This document shows, piece by piece, positions 38,190 through 52,507 of a stretch of DNA of 64,000 bases. Numbering within the stretch: the first letter of the stretch is position 1; the number at the start of each line of letters is the position of its first letter. The notes beneath the pieces were generated by a model. The model saw only the letters and a list, made by a program, of their open reading frames with translations, was not told the origin of the DNA and did no database searches. A program made the position numbers and the translations under genes. Source of the stretch: Octopus sinensis (taxonomy: Eukaryota); NCBI RefSeq assembly GCF_006345805.1, contig NW_021836133.1, positions 124,001-188,000 of the forward strand, in the 5' to 3' direction.

Positions 38190-39126
38190 ATTACTTTGTA
38201 TCATAATGCACAAAAGAATCAAAATTGCAATGACTATATACCCACATATATATAAATCTATAATATTACATAACCATTTGGACTTTTCATTGTTTTTATT
38301 TCCACGTTAGTTGAAATTAAGTACGTTTCTGTGTGACCATAGGGTAGCACAAATGTAATTATTATTTGTAATGTGTTTAACCTAAGATTCCATTTGTGCA
38401 GTGAAACAAATTCTAAATAAATGATTTATAATTTCAAAACTTTTTTCGATTTTTCTACAAGCTTTGAATTGCGGGACACACAAATAGGAAGAGGTAAAAT
38501 TCTCTGTTTTTGTTTTTATATCAAAATGGTAAAAATTGTTGTATACATAACTTACGTCAAGATTTTCATAAATATTATCAAAATCTATTTTTTATATACC
38601 AAAAAATTAAAATACCAAAAAATATTTCTTGGTCGTTTGTCATTATCCAAAATCTGTATTGACTCCAAACTTTTAGTGTATCGTAATCAATGTTTGTTTT
38701 TAATTTATAAGAATCATTCCCGTTTATCTTTTAATAATACATACAAAAAATACAAGTGTTATTTTATCTGTGGATTCTTGAAGAGATTCTTTCCTACCGA
38801 ATAAAACACGATCACGATTTTCAATTTTCGATTTCTCATAAAACACGGAGGGTAATTCTGCAATTTTTATTAAAGATTCTAACCATTGTACCAAATTCTA
38901 TATAATAATTTTCCACAATATTTTTTAAAAATACTTGATGAATTGATTTTAAAGTCATTAGTTATTTCTAAGATTATATTCTTTAAAGTTTTTACTAGTC
39001 AAATTAAGGCATTTTGGGTCTCCAGTAAGCGTTCCATTTGACAAAAATATTAAATCTAATAATAGGTTATATTAGACTATTACCTTTGCATAAAATGATT
39101 TCAAATAATAAAAATAACAAAAACAT
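38190..39126 (-). pseudogene. Orphan signal-peptide protein family, copy B, with hydrophobic C-terminus (disrupted)
   Basis: MFLLFLLFEIILCK, a 28-nt intron, then DLIFLSNGTLTGDPKCLNLTS. C-terminus YVGIVIAILILLCIMIQSN. Confidence 0.6.
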
Positions 39127-39199
39127 TCTACCAATCGTTAGAAAATGGCTTATCGCTATTTATATATAAAATAAAACATTTCCCTATTACGATTCTTTT

Positions 39200-39485
39200 G
39201 GAAATTCCAAGTTAAGAAATTAAAGGATAGCTTCTATTCCTCTTATCAAAAGGCAACAAAAAATGGTCAGGACAGCCGCTATTCCTGCAAGTCCTCTATA
39301 CGAATCATTGTTTAACTACTTCAAAAATCGTCCGCGTTTCGAGCTATCGACATGCCTTTTCAGAAGAGCCATCCAGGACTCTCGTCCACGTCGGGAAAAA
39401 TCTTCATTGCCATGGTCTGGGATCACTAGTTAGGACTTTGCTCTTTTTCCTTATAACCCGGTGATCCTGGGGTAACAATAAATAA
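39200..39485 (+). mobile_element. LINE 3' end remnant with ggatcac/gtgatcc stem
   Basis: Stem similar to the 90-bp retroposon, with an A-rich tail. Confidence 0.45.
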
Positions 39486-40129
39486 AAGATTGTTTTGGAC
39501 GTTATGTTAATATTATCAGAGATATATTCGATGATTATAATTAAACTATCTACTCGACAAAAGGCAGATCCATTTGGGGCATCAATTTTGAAAAATTTCC
39601 CCAAAAATGGAAGTCTGAAATTTTCTTCATTTTTATAAACATTTCAATAGCGTTAGCATATTTTTCATAAGTAAAGTATTTTTAAGAAAATTTAAACATG
39701 ATTCCCACTAATTTTATTGATAATTAGAGTATTTTTAAGTAGAAAAAATTTTTAGTCTAATACGCAAACATTATCTGTTATTTTGTTTCCTGTTGCAGAT
39801 TTCTTCATATGTATGTCAAATATTTTTCTGAAATTGTAATAGTCTTTTAACGCATCGGGAAACAAACGGTGAATATTCTCTTCAAGGTTAATCATTGCTG
39901 TTATCGTGTCCAACAGTTGTTTCATTTTCAGCAATTACGTCTGCAATTATTGTGTCCAAATTTTCTTTCTAACTGTTGCTGGGAAAATCTGTTTGAACAG
40001 GCTTAGTATTAAAAAAATTGAGATATTTTTGTAATACGTGACACAGCGCCTAAAAATTTAATTCTGTACTTAGAGGTTGCTGTAATTTCTAAATTTGGGA
40101 ATTACCGCATAAAAATTATCTTTTTCAAA

Positions 40130-40900
40130 TGGGGGATCTGGACATTGTGGATTGGTCGTCCCGTGAGGGTAATTTTATTCCATTTTTTAAATTGAAGGAC
40201 TATTTTTGGTTATTTATGAATCACCATTTACGCTCTGTTTTTAGTATTGAGGGAAATTTCTTTATGTTTGGCAAAGATGAAAGATTCTTCCTCTGCTTTG
40301 TATTAGCAAACGATAACATAAAACCATATGACAAAACTAGAATTGATTTAAACATCAGAATTGTTGTAGTCGAAAAGCTTGTAGTTGAATTTCAGTGTGC
40401 TTGTACACAGTCGCGTGATTGTAGGCCTTTGCTGTGGTCAGACTATTTCCTAAGTAATATCTCAAAATGGCATTGTGTGCTGGAATGGGGCAATTGTAGA
40501 CATTCGTTTAAAATAAGCAGTAACTTTTTTCATTCTTCATTGTTCGTTCCTTATTTAAAATTATTTTAACCAAACCGGATAGAGTAGTAGGTAAGGCAGG
40601 TGTAATAAGTGTTCTAACTGATGTCGATGTGCCTTTTTAATGACTATTTATGCAGTTCTTTGTAGAGTAATGTTCTATCAGCATTTGTGAGTGCTGAGTA
40701 TATGCATGTGAGTTCTGTTTTTGGTGTTGTAAAAGGGGGATGATGTATTAGTAAGTCTAAAGTTGAAAAGCGTAGGCCGGACGTAATCATGGGGCTGTAA
40801 ATCATATTTAGTAATCATGACTAGCAAGTGTAGTATTTAATGTATCCCTACTCAAACACGTCCATTCCCAGTTCTTGTACTATACAACAGACATGTAAAA
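40130..40900 (-). mobile_element. Degenerate LINE (APE region) remnant
   Basis: Decayed APE-like sequence on the minus strand. Confidence 0.4.
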
Positions 40901-40907
40901 CGAAAAT

Positions 40908-41680
40908 AGTTGTTTTACTAAAAAGAGACTGTACAGATTAGTGATCAAATTACTAATCTGTTTATAAATACCTTTATTTTTTAAAAAATCGAATAAAGTT
41001 CTTTGTATAGTGTTTTTTAATTAATTTTTGAGAATCATCCGAGATTTATTTCAAATTTTGTACAATATCGTTTTTTATATTTTAAGAATAGCAATTCTAA
41101 CAAGAACTTGATTTGATGGCAATTTAAATGGCATCAAATAAAGTGGTTGGGCTAATATCGTAATCATCAGCATTAAGTATGATATCTTCAACAGTGTATT
41201 CTTCTTGAAACAGTGCAATGGTTTCATCGTCATCAATGAATTTTTCTGTTTGAAGCATATCTCCTTCAATCATAATTTGGTCTAGCTCATTATTGTGGGC
41301 CTCAATAATTGGATCTGGAGACAACTCTTCTCCAGCATAAGACTCATCAAGACCTTGAATAATTCCAACTTTTTTGAAACAATTACTGATGGTTTCTTGT
41401 TTCACACTTGTCCAAGCTTTGTGAAGTAAAAATATTGCATGTCATCAGCATCATTCATTAAATTTGTTTCTTCGTGAAAAACTTTCAATTTCAAATTGAA
41501 CCGATTTTTGAATTTATATAAAAACTTCAGTCCTATTTCTAACCATAGAATTACGAAAAGCGTGCTGTAAATTAAATTTGAAAAATTAATTACAAAAAAT
41601 TAATCAACAAAATTTTTTTTTAATAATAATAAACAAAATTAATCCGAAATTATTTTAATCATAGAGTTTGGATTGCGGAT
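40908..41680 (-). mobile_element. pogo/Tigger remnant (same family as 7598-8780)
   Basis: KAWTSVKQETISNCFKKVG motif and DNA similarity to 7680-8780. Confidence 0.8.
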
Positions 41681-42204
41681 TATTGTTTTTTAGGGAGAAT
41701 TGATTCAAATTTGGCAGGAAAAAGTTTTGTTAGATTGGACAAATCAATTCGAATGAGGTTCCCAGTGTCCTTTCATCTGTTCCCTACAACGAGAAGAACT
41801 TGTTGTTCTGGAATCGGAGACTCCTGGGCAGACTTATCCCCTTCAGGCATTCAAAGACTTTCAATTCAAGTGGTCCCAGGATATTCTTCTGCGCATGCAG
41901 AAACATTTGTCTTCGGAGGGAAATGTCGACATTCTTCTCTCACCTTTCTACAAATCTCAACCCTACCCTACTATGGGAAATGAGGCTGAATTGGCCATCA
42001 CTGTATAAAGAAGGGACACTGTGTATTATTTAGAACAATTTAGTTATTGATAAAGCTATTAATCTGGCATTATATGAAAGTATGCTTATCAAAATCAATT
42101 TTTATTTCTGAATATTATTAGAATACATTAACACAAAATGTTTTGATTTATCATTAATTTCAATATGTTAAAAACTTAATTAATTGCAAAATGTTCAATG
42201 ACTG

Positions 42205-42325
42205 TAAACCCATATATAAATTTATAATATAACATAACCATTTGGACTTTTCATTGTTTTTATTTCCACATTATTAGAAATTAAGTATGTTTCTGTGTGA
42301 CCAAAGGGGAGCACAAATGACAAAC
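42205..42325 (-). pseudogene. 3' fragment of the orphan surface-protein family (copy C)
   Basis: Near-identical to about 38245-38355 (GHTETYLISxNVEIKTMKSPNGYVIL). Confidence 0.7.
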
Positions 42326-42329
42326 TTGA

Positions 42330-42615
42330 GAAAAAGAGAAAAAAAGCTTTCAAAAACATTGCCTCTTGCGGTATAAAAATGAATAAAAAAAGAAAATGGA
42401 AAAACGATGAGGATAGGCCATCAAAAGGCAATCTTGTACTTCTACGTACAGATAATGACACCAATCGGACAAGATATCCGTTGTATGACGGAATTTATTT
42501 CACCAAACACAAGATTATCAGTGTGGACAACGATAGGTATTCTTTAGAAGGAGAAAATGGTGAGATTGTTCAAATTTACACATCTCAAAACTTAAAACAA
42601 TTAAGAAATAACTTA
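42330..42615 (+). mobile_element. Ginger-like integrase C-terminal fragment
   Basis: GNLVLLRTDNDTN resembles GTKVVIHTDTDTN in the 52508-53951 element. Confidence 0.5.
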
Positions 42616-43039
42616 TTTAACTCTATAAAAATTTACTCAAAATTAAAATTTAGATTAGGTTTGGCAATTAAGGTCATGTAGGGTAAAGGCTAAGTTCTGG
42701 GCAAGGCGTCCGGTATACGTTGTGGTTAGAGCTAAGGATTGTTTTAATTATTTTCTATATATTAAAATATAAAGTTTATAAGCACTAATTATAAAGGACC
42801 TTCCTTATAGAAAGAACTTGGTCTTCCAGAAGGCCGCAGTCCTGTGCCGGGGTCATTCAGAACAATAACTCCGCCTGGGTCACCAAAAGTGAATATAGAG
42901 AGCAGGGAGTCAGGCGTATGGCTAAACTTAAATAAGACTAATTTAATTTAAATCAGGATATTTCTAATTATAATATTTGTGTTTTAAATAATTAATAATA
43001 ATTAAGAGAAAAAACTTTAACCCAAAGGTTAGCTATCAA

Positions 43040-43270
43040 AAATTCGATTGCTAGGTAATAGAAGCGACGTTTTCAACAGTTAAGTATGAAGGTGAGGATG
43101 TTCATATCCACGAATAACCAATTATTTCTGATGAATTACCGTTTAGATTTAAAAGGCTAAAACTTCCGTTGAAGATGAGTTTTGCGATGACAATAAACAA
43201 GGCCCAGGGACAATCGTTAAAAATAGTTGGCTTATTTTTAAAGAGTGAGTGCTTTTCTCATGACAGCTGC
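43040..43270 (+). mobile_element. Helitron/PIF1 helicase fragment
   Basis: ELPFRFKRLKLPLKMSFAMTINKAQGQSLKIVGLFLKSECFSH. Confidence 0.85.
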
Positions 43271-45240
43271 TAGTACTGTAATATAATGTTGGTTTTGTAG
43301 TTGTTTTTTATGATGAGAACATTAACTTTTTTCTATGTTTGTCCAAATTGACTCTTTTTCATGTAAAATGTAATGTTATTAAATAAAATCAGAGTGAAAC
43401 CTATGATGTCAAGAAATTACAGAATATAAAAAACATTTCAATTTCAAGAATATTCCGCTAAACCATTTAAAGACAAATTTATTAAATATTACGGAAATCT
43501 GATTTTTTGTAATATAAATTCCTTAAAGTGCAACTTGGTTCAATTTAATCCCATAATTATTTGACGTCACGTGACGAGCATCACACAATATTTATTATTG
43601 TGTTGTCTTTATTTTATAAAAATCTTCAAAAAATAAACTCAACGAGATCGCATATTGAAAAATCAGATCTGTGAATTTTGGATGTGATAAAACGGGAACA
43701 TTTTTACGTATTTTGAGTGGAGGAAAATAAAAACATATTTTTTAATAAATTTTGCACAATACTAGTTTGACCAGTTTTTAATGTATATTAAAAAATGTAC
43801 TATAGTCATTTATTTGAGATGTCGGGCATAAAAACTTTCCCGGAAGCAAAAGTGGGACATTTTTAATCTAAAATTATTATTATTTTAAGCACTAACACGA
43901 TTCCATAGGTCATGGCAATGCATCTGCAACACAATAAGTCAGTTCTCTGAACAGTTTTCTTTATTTCTGACGATTTTGCAACATGTTAAGATCTCTGCAA
44001 TCATTAAGGCGTTTCACAATTTTTTCTGAGGTCAAGAGTAACTACCAATTACGTTTTCAAACATTTTTAGATCAATAAGGTCAATTTAAAATGACTCATT
44101 CGGAACAAAAGCGAAAACATGATTAGTTTCATTAACGGTTTAAACACTCCGTAGGAGAAGTCAATCCCACTTTGCAGTCAAAAACTTTCAAATAATTTGA
44201 AAATATGGTATAAGATCAAAAATGTTAAGATTATATTGATTGATAGAACTTCACTTGAAAACTATGATTAACTGATCGGATAAAATGACTATAGCATCTA
44301 TTTTTAATAACAATTAAGCCCAATGAATATTACTAACGACTATGCGAAATTCTGTAAAAGAATAATACCGGGTATTGGATAAACATATTTCAATTACAGG
44401 TTTGAAATAATTATTTTATAGCTGGTTTAAAATTACAGAAATGAAAGAGAATGGGGATTTTGACATTTTAAAGCAATAATATGACAGAAAATCGTTTTTT
44501 TGTAATAGATGTATCACATCGGTTAGTTAAGAAAACTAAATTGTCTAACACTTTATCCTAACTATTTCATAGTTCAAAGTTAAATGGTCTAACACTTTAT
44601 CTTTATCCTAACTATCCTTTGATCAAAAGTCTACGGCTCAAAAAACAAAGATTAAAAAAATTCTTGAATAAGTTTATCATTCTGTCAATTTTGTTTAAAA
44701 ATGCTAGGTGATTGGGAGTTTATGTAGCTTTCAAATCAGTAAATCGATTTATTAAGACAATGTTCACTGAGATTTTGAGATGAAACTTCAATTCTGAGAT
44801 GAAAGTTTAATGAAGAAATTTTACAATTTTTATACACGTAGAGTAATGTTCAGAAGTGTTGACTTATCATGAGTCAGAAAGTCTATATCATATATCATTT
44901 CAGCTTGTCTCTGCGAATCGTGTAAAATGCCCTGCTCATATCAATGCCCAATATTATGGTTACCATTTCAAATTTTTGCATATGGCAGGAATAGATCTAC
45001 CTCCTTATATTGCATCGGCAATTGATCTTCCAAACCTGAATCCACTTTAGATGATTAATTTCTTTTTATTTATAATAAAGTAGCTTTATTCAAATAAAAT
45101 TGTATCAAATCGAAAGTAATTGGAGGATCAATGAAAAGTAAAAAAGTAGTCAAATATTGTTTAGTTTAAATTGCAATTTGAAAATATTAAATTAAGTAGA
45201 AAAAATAAAATTGAATAGGTTAGATTTAATTTATAACTCG

Positions 45241-46418
<1,178 letters not shown>

Positions 46419-47352
46419 ATATTTTTAGTTATTCACACTTTTAATTCATTACTATCATTTATTAAAACCATTTTTTAAAGCTTTCTGCGAGCTATAATAT
46501 GAGATAGTCAAAATTTGAGAATTGGCCAATATACTAAGAAAATTAATTTTTATCTTAGTAAATTTCGAGGTGGCCAATTTGCGAGAGTTCACTGTATTCA
46601 ATTCTAACAGTATTTAAAATAATTAGTAAAGTAGTAAGACAAAATTTCTCAAATAGTCAATAATCCTCAAACGATAAATTGGCTCGACAACATCCAACCA
46701 CTGCCTGACTTGACCAAAACCCTCAGTGCCCAAACGATTCTCCACGGCAATCATATCTTTAACGACTCCCAACCCACCCAACTCCTACCACTCACACCAC
46801 ACAGGATAACTCGACATGACTCTTCCTTAGATATATTCCCCGGAATGTCCATTAATTCCATCACAGTCTAACATTTGTTTAAAATTTCCCGACACTTCAT
46901 CAATTCATAGGACTGAACAACTTTAGTAGGCAAAGACAACTCTTCTATCGACATATTGAACTCCGCTCTCTTCTCCAAAGGAGATAATGTATCCGATTTA
47001 TAATAACTTAAAAGGTCCCCATAAAAAGTACTATGGAACTAATTCTTCACTATGTCTGCAAAGGTTTGAGCATCCTTACGGAAATGTCGTCACTATTATT
47101 CCAAAATTTTCCAACAATTTTGTCAATTTTAAAAATAGTGAGGGAATGGGGAAGAAGGTGCATTCTAAACGCCAAAAAAAGATACTAAAAAACAATTAGT
47201 TAATTTTTTGTTTGAAAAATATTTGATTATCTTATTTTTGTCAAGGATTAAAATTGATGACAGCTGTCATGATTGGAGTTTCGGACGGTTTCATTCTTGG
47301 CGCTCAACATAATATTTTCCAAATTCGATGGCAACCAATGAGAGCTACAATT

Positions 47353-47928
47353 ACAGTCAACACTCGTTAATCCGAATCTCAATAATCCGAATTTGTTTAA
47401 TTAAAATTACAAATTTTGTAACTTGATCCAAATTTGATTCAATGTTTCGAAAATTCAATAATCCGCAATCCGAACGATAGGATTAATATAATTTCAATTA
47501 ATTTTGTTTATTATTATCAAAAAAATAATTTTGTTGATAATTTTTTGTATTGATTTTTTTTTCAAAATTAATTAACAGCACGCTTTTTATAATTCTATGG
47601 TTAGAAAAATGACCGAAATTTATCTAAAAGAACAGATTTGTTAAATCAAGGATTCGATGAAAGTCTCGCTGAATGAATTGTCTCAAATTATTAGAAGAGA
47701 ATTAAACCTGGACCTAGAAAATTCTACTTTATCTGAAATTTTAAAAAATAAAGAACAATGGAAAAATAGTGAGAGTTCAAAGCTTCTAAAAATCATTATC
47801 TGCTTGAGAATTTATTGATAGATTGCTATCTTGAATGGATGTTATTAACGGTTACCTGACTGATGAAACATTATTACTAAAGCAAAGGAATTTGGACAAA
47901 AGCTAAATATTGAAGATTTGCAGGTTGA
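47353..47928 (+). mobile_element. pogo/Tigger 5' half (same family as 7598-8780)
   Basis: TA-CAGTCAACACTCGTTAATCCG end; reverse-complement similarity to 8340-8780. Confidence 0.8.
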
Positions 47929-48519
47929 TGGCTGTCCAGTTGTCGTGTGACTGGTGTAAGACTAACTCACAATTTCCTGCTGTGACAGAGAAAATACTCG
48001 ATCAGCATTTTATTATAGAAAATCTCCGTGTTTTTCCCGATATCTTAGTTCACTCCGCCGGGTCCTGTCAGAGGGATTGTTTTTCAGTGTCAAAAAACGC
48101 CACGGCAATTTCGCCAATATATTTTGAAGCATTTTTTTAAATCAGTATGCAGTGATAAAAATATTTTGTTGATGAATACTTCGTTTTCATAACATTTGAT
48201 TGGCTTCAATTAAGATTTATAAATATTTCTAAAATGAATTGAATCAATATTTAAAAATCAAATTTCTTTGAACATAATCGGCCTTCAAAGTCACTCTTGG
48301 TTTTCTTGAATCTAACATTCTACTTTACAAAATAAGACATCCATCTATAAGAAGCTATTTGAAAAAGATATAAAAAATCTCAGAAAAATTAACGACCAAC
48401 TAATGTATTTATTTTTTCAACGTTAAGAAATATGAGAAAGAGAAAAGTGTAATAAGCGACGAGAAGATTGTAACTTTCTTTTTGTTGCAGATTTGAAATT
48501 ATAATAATAATAAACGTTA

Positions 48520-48760
48520 AAAAGGCCAGCTCGTTTCGCGACTGTCGTGACTCCTCTTCGAGATGATTAAACCAATCTCTAAAAGAAGTTTGATAGTTTT
48601 AGGGTCAGTTACCCCTATTGGTTTCGAAAGCCAGGGGGACGAGGCAACAAGTGTCGGTCAATTAAGCATATTTTGTCCCATCTTGAACGGGAATAATGTA
48701 GACCCGTCAGAAAGTTTTCCGTCACCGCGATCTATCTGCATCATCCTTTGATTAATCTTA
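48520..48760 (-). mobile_element. CRE-like RLE remnant
   Basis: DRGDGKLSDGSTLFPF. Confidence 0.65.
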
Positions 48761-49279
48761 TTTTTAGTGATAAAGTAATTTTTAAGATTGTTGACAAAGC
48801 CTGCATATATTTATTGCATAATTGTTATTTACGCGTCAAAAACACTATTAATAAATAATAATTTCGGAGAATATTCTACAGTGCCGGATTGACCAATTTA
48901 ATGAATTTACGACGTTTAGTGAAATTTTTCCAGAAAAATGGATACTTGTGCATTTCATACATCACCAAATAAAGCCCGAAATAAATTAATGAAATTTTTT
49001 GAATATTAGGTATAAAATTAAAAAATAAACAATGCCGATTTAACTATGTTTAACGACAGCGAAGCAGTCAACAAAGCATTTTTTAACCTCCACAAGTTGT
49101 CTAAGAACATAAAATTTACGTCGGCAATGATTTTCGACGACATAACAGATTGTCTGACTACATATTGCCAACAAAAATCAGATGAATAAAATTTTATAAC
49201 TCGAATTTGAAAATGACTAAGGGCCTTTTTAAAATGTAAAAAAAATTAACAAAGCAAATTATATAAACATTTTTAAAGA

Positions 49280-49600
49280 GTGGAAGAGCTCAAAATACGT
49301 ACTTCTTTCTGACGCATACGAGTTTGTCCCCCTTGCTTTTAGACCACTGGCGTGCTAAGTAAAGAAGCGGATTGCGTATGCTCGGCGATAAAATTGCCTT
49401 GAAGACGCATGACCGAAGGATGCGAGCTGCCTCTTCCAATCTCTATTCTACGCGGAACTGCCTCTCGATCCGCAGTGCGTCTTTGCGGACTGACCGGCAG
49501 GTCCCATATAGCTCTAAAAGAGCTAAACTCGTTTATTTTTCAGCAAGATAACGACCCTTGGCATATTTTAGAAACAATAATTAAATATATAAAATCTAAT
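49280..49600 (+). mobile_element. CRE-like 3' remnant followed by a Tc1 fragment
   Basis: YEFVPLAF...ISILRG, then FIFQQDNDPWH. Confidence 0.55.
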
Positions 49601-49919
49601 AAACCAGTGTTTCTTAACGTGGTCCCCCGAAACATGTTTAGCTCAATTAATTTTTATAACTGAAAAATTTATTTATTCATTTGAATATTTAATTAATTTT
49701 ATTCCACTTTTTTTGTTATTTAATTGTAATGGTAAATCGCAAATGGATTGATTCTTATGTCTAATATGGATATACCAAATATACTGAATCTGAAAACGTC
49801 GATAAATCGCAGTGCATGATATGCGACGTCATAATGGGAAACAACTTTTTAAAAAAACATAAGGAAAAAAATCACCCACAGAATGTTGACACTGTCGAAA
49901 GTTTTGTTGCAAAGAGAAC

Positions 49920-50215
49920 TTGGAGGTATATACTCCAAAGGTTGAAAGATTATTCGTCGATTGTCAAAAATTTTATGGAAGGAAATGAAAATCCAATTCT
50001 TGTTGGAGACTTAAATGCGAAGCATACTGCATATGGGTGCATGAAGTCAAATCAGGATCTGTTCAATTATTCTTGGATTCCGAATGTCAATAGACTTTTT
50101 GTAAAATATTGATGTTCCTGTGCCGGCGTTAGCACCAGGATGCCAAGGAATATCAATCGAGCTGTATCCAGGAATAGTGATACTTCCAGACGGCATGCCA
50201 GACGCTATCAATCAG
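49920..50215. mobile_element. Rearranged LINE APE fragment
   Basis: 49920-49985 matches 60536-60600 directly and continues ILVGDLNAKH. About 50065-50215 is the reverse complement of about 60285-60480. Confidence 0.75.
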
Positions 50216-50459
50216 CAACATTAATTGGAATCATTTCAATTTTTATATGTCTATGAAATTGGCAAATACTCAAGAATTGAAAATACTAAATCTTGACGAG
50301 ATCAATTATTTGGATGAAAGAATGAGAAACATTATTCGAAGTTATCTGGAGGACTATGGAAAAAAGAGGTTTCTCTTCTCGTACAAAAATCGATTGATAA
50401 ATGAAGAACAATCCAAATCACCTCGTGAAAAAAGGAACTTGGAAAGTAAACTAAAGCGG

Positions 50460-50900
50460 TGTTGGGACCCCCTTTGATTAGGTCGAACATTTCCCCCTCT
50501 TGATAATCCTTCAGATCCATTTTTGTTGGATTCTGAATCTGTTCTTGAATTGATTGACGATTATCATGCTTCTTTCCGCATTCCTATTCGAATCCAAAAA
50601 TTTGCCCGTATTTCGGCGGCCCAAAACTTATCCTCTCTAATCGATTCTGTCATTTCCGACCCAACCATTTCTAATTCGAATCGTTTATTCCTTTTTCCAA
50701 CCTTTGCGTTGGGCTCCTCTGCCCGTCTCCCCGATGATTCCTTTGTTTTTATCTTTAAAAAGAATATGAGTCAGTTTATGAATGGCTCTCTCGTTCCATC
50801 TCTCTCATATAAAATCTAATTCTAAACCCTCGTTGAAGAATGCTTTACGGTCTCGGATTAATTCCTGTTTAATGTCGCACGATGTCAGCGCGGCTTTAAC
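50460..50900 (+). mobile_element. CRE-like retroelement N-terminal remnant
   Basis: RIPIRIQKFARISAAQNLSSLI...LFLFPTFAL. Confidence 0.5.
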
Positions 50901-50968
50901 TCAGCAAAAAAGCTGAAAAATTTTGTGTAATTTCTGGAAAGCTGTATCTTTCAAGAAAAGATTTGTTG

Positions 50969-51660
50969 CAGGTTTTTTTTCCATTTATCCTTTAGACAGA
51001 ACAGAAGAGTCGATAGTGGAAATCGACGAGTGCAAATTTTTTCACAGAAAGTACCATCAAGGTCATGGGCGACCAGGCCATTGAATATTGGGTGGAATAG
51101 ACAGGGAAATAGAAAGTGCTTTTTTGAAAAAGTTGCAAGTGCTTTTTTCCATTTATCCTTTAGACAGAACAGAAGAGTCGATAGTGGAAATCGACGAGTG
51201 CAAATTTTTTCACAGAAAGTACCATCAAGGTCATGGGCGACCAGGCCATTGAATATTGGGTGGAATAGACAGGGAAATAGAAAGTGCTTTTTTGAAAAAG
51301 TTGCAAGTGCTTTTTTCCATTTATCCTTTAGACAGAACAGAAGAGTCGATAGTGGAAATCGACGAGTGCAAATTTTTTCACAGAAAGTACCATCGAGGTC
51401 ATTGGCAACCAGGCCATTGGGTATTGGGTGGAATAGACAGGAAACTAGAAAATGGTTTTTTGAAGAAGTTGCAGGTTCTTTTTTCCATTTATCCTTTAGA
51501 CAGAACAGCGGAAACACTCAATGAAGTTATCGTTCAGCGCGTACTTCCCGGCACCCATATCATTACTGATGGTTGGGCAGCCTATAATGGGATTGCGCAA
51601 GGAGGAGGGATTTATTCACGGAATATGCAAATTTTCGACCCCCTTAAAACTTGGGGATGA
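50969..51660 (+). mobile_element. Merlin/IS1595 transposase fragment with 3 tandem 168-bp units
   Basis: IVEIDECKFFHRKYHRG...WVLGGIDR and DRTAETL...VLPGTHIITDGWAAY. Units start at 51005, 51173 and 51341. Confidence 0.9.
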
Positions 51661-52507
51661 AGAAAATAATGTGATTGCCCATCGTCCAAATGAAAGATTT
51701 CAGATGGATTTAATTGATCTGAAGGGGTTTCAATTATGGTATTGTTTATTAAAGATTTATATATTTTTGCCGCGGTAGCCAAGAATTGATCGTCGAATCA
51801 ATAGAGGTTCGATCGATATTTCGACATTACGATTCAAATCTCGTGCCAATTGTTTATCAAGTTGCTCTTGGTCTGGTAACATCAAGCATCTTCTCTGAAT
51901 CCAAACTACCCAAAAATTCTTAATTTCTCTTGGAACAACATGTTATGATATAAGCAGCCCATGCAAAATTAGTATACAATTGGATGATCTACCGATTTAA
52001 CATCAATACTATGATTTTTTATTAAATTGTTTTGTTACTGGTGGTCCCCCAGAAAAATTCAACAACCAAAGTGGTTCTCGGTTAAAAAAGCCAAGAAACA
52101 CTGCAATAGAGCATGTTTGGGCGATATGAAAATAAATTATTGGCAAATCCAGCCAAAAAATTAAAAGCTTCCAAAAACCGAACTCTGTGAAAAATAGAAT
52201 ACTAGTCATATATTTTTGCCTCGGTAGCCAAGAATTCATCGATGAATCAATACAGGTTCGATCGATATTTCGACATTACGATTCAAATCTCTTGCCAATT
52301 GTTTATCAAGTTGGAGTCTCTCGTAGAGGCAAATGGGGGGATCGTGGAAATGGACCACAAACCATTCACCGTACATACAGAAAATGTGTGGGATCACGGT
52401 CGGAACATCGTGAAAAGATGGCTCGACTGTTGAGAAGTGTCGGAATCACCTGAACGTGTTAGTTAATGGTTAAGACGGTGATTTTGTTTGGCTTAAATAA
52501 TAATAAT

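Noticed and set aside
42650-42740. TTAGG-like motifs as an interstitial telomere
   Set aside because: Too degenerate and not tandem; more likely a transposon subterminal region.
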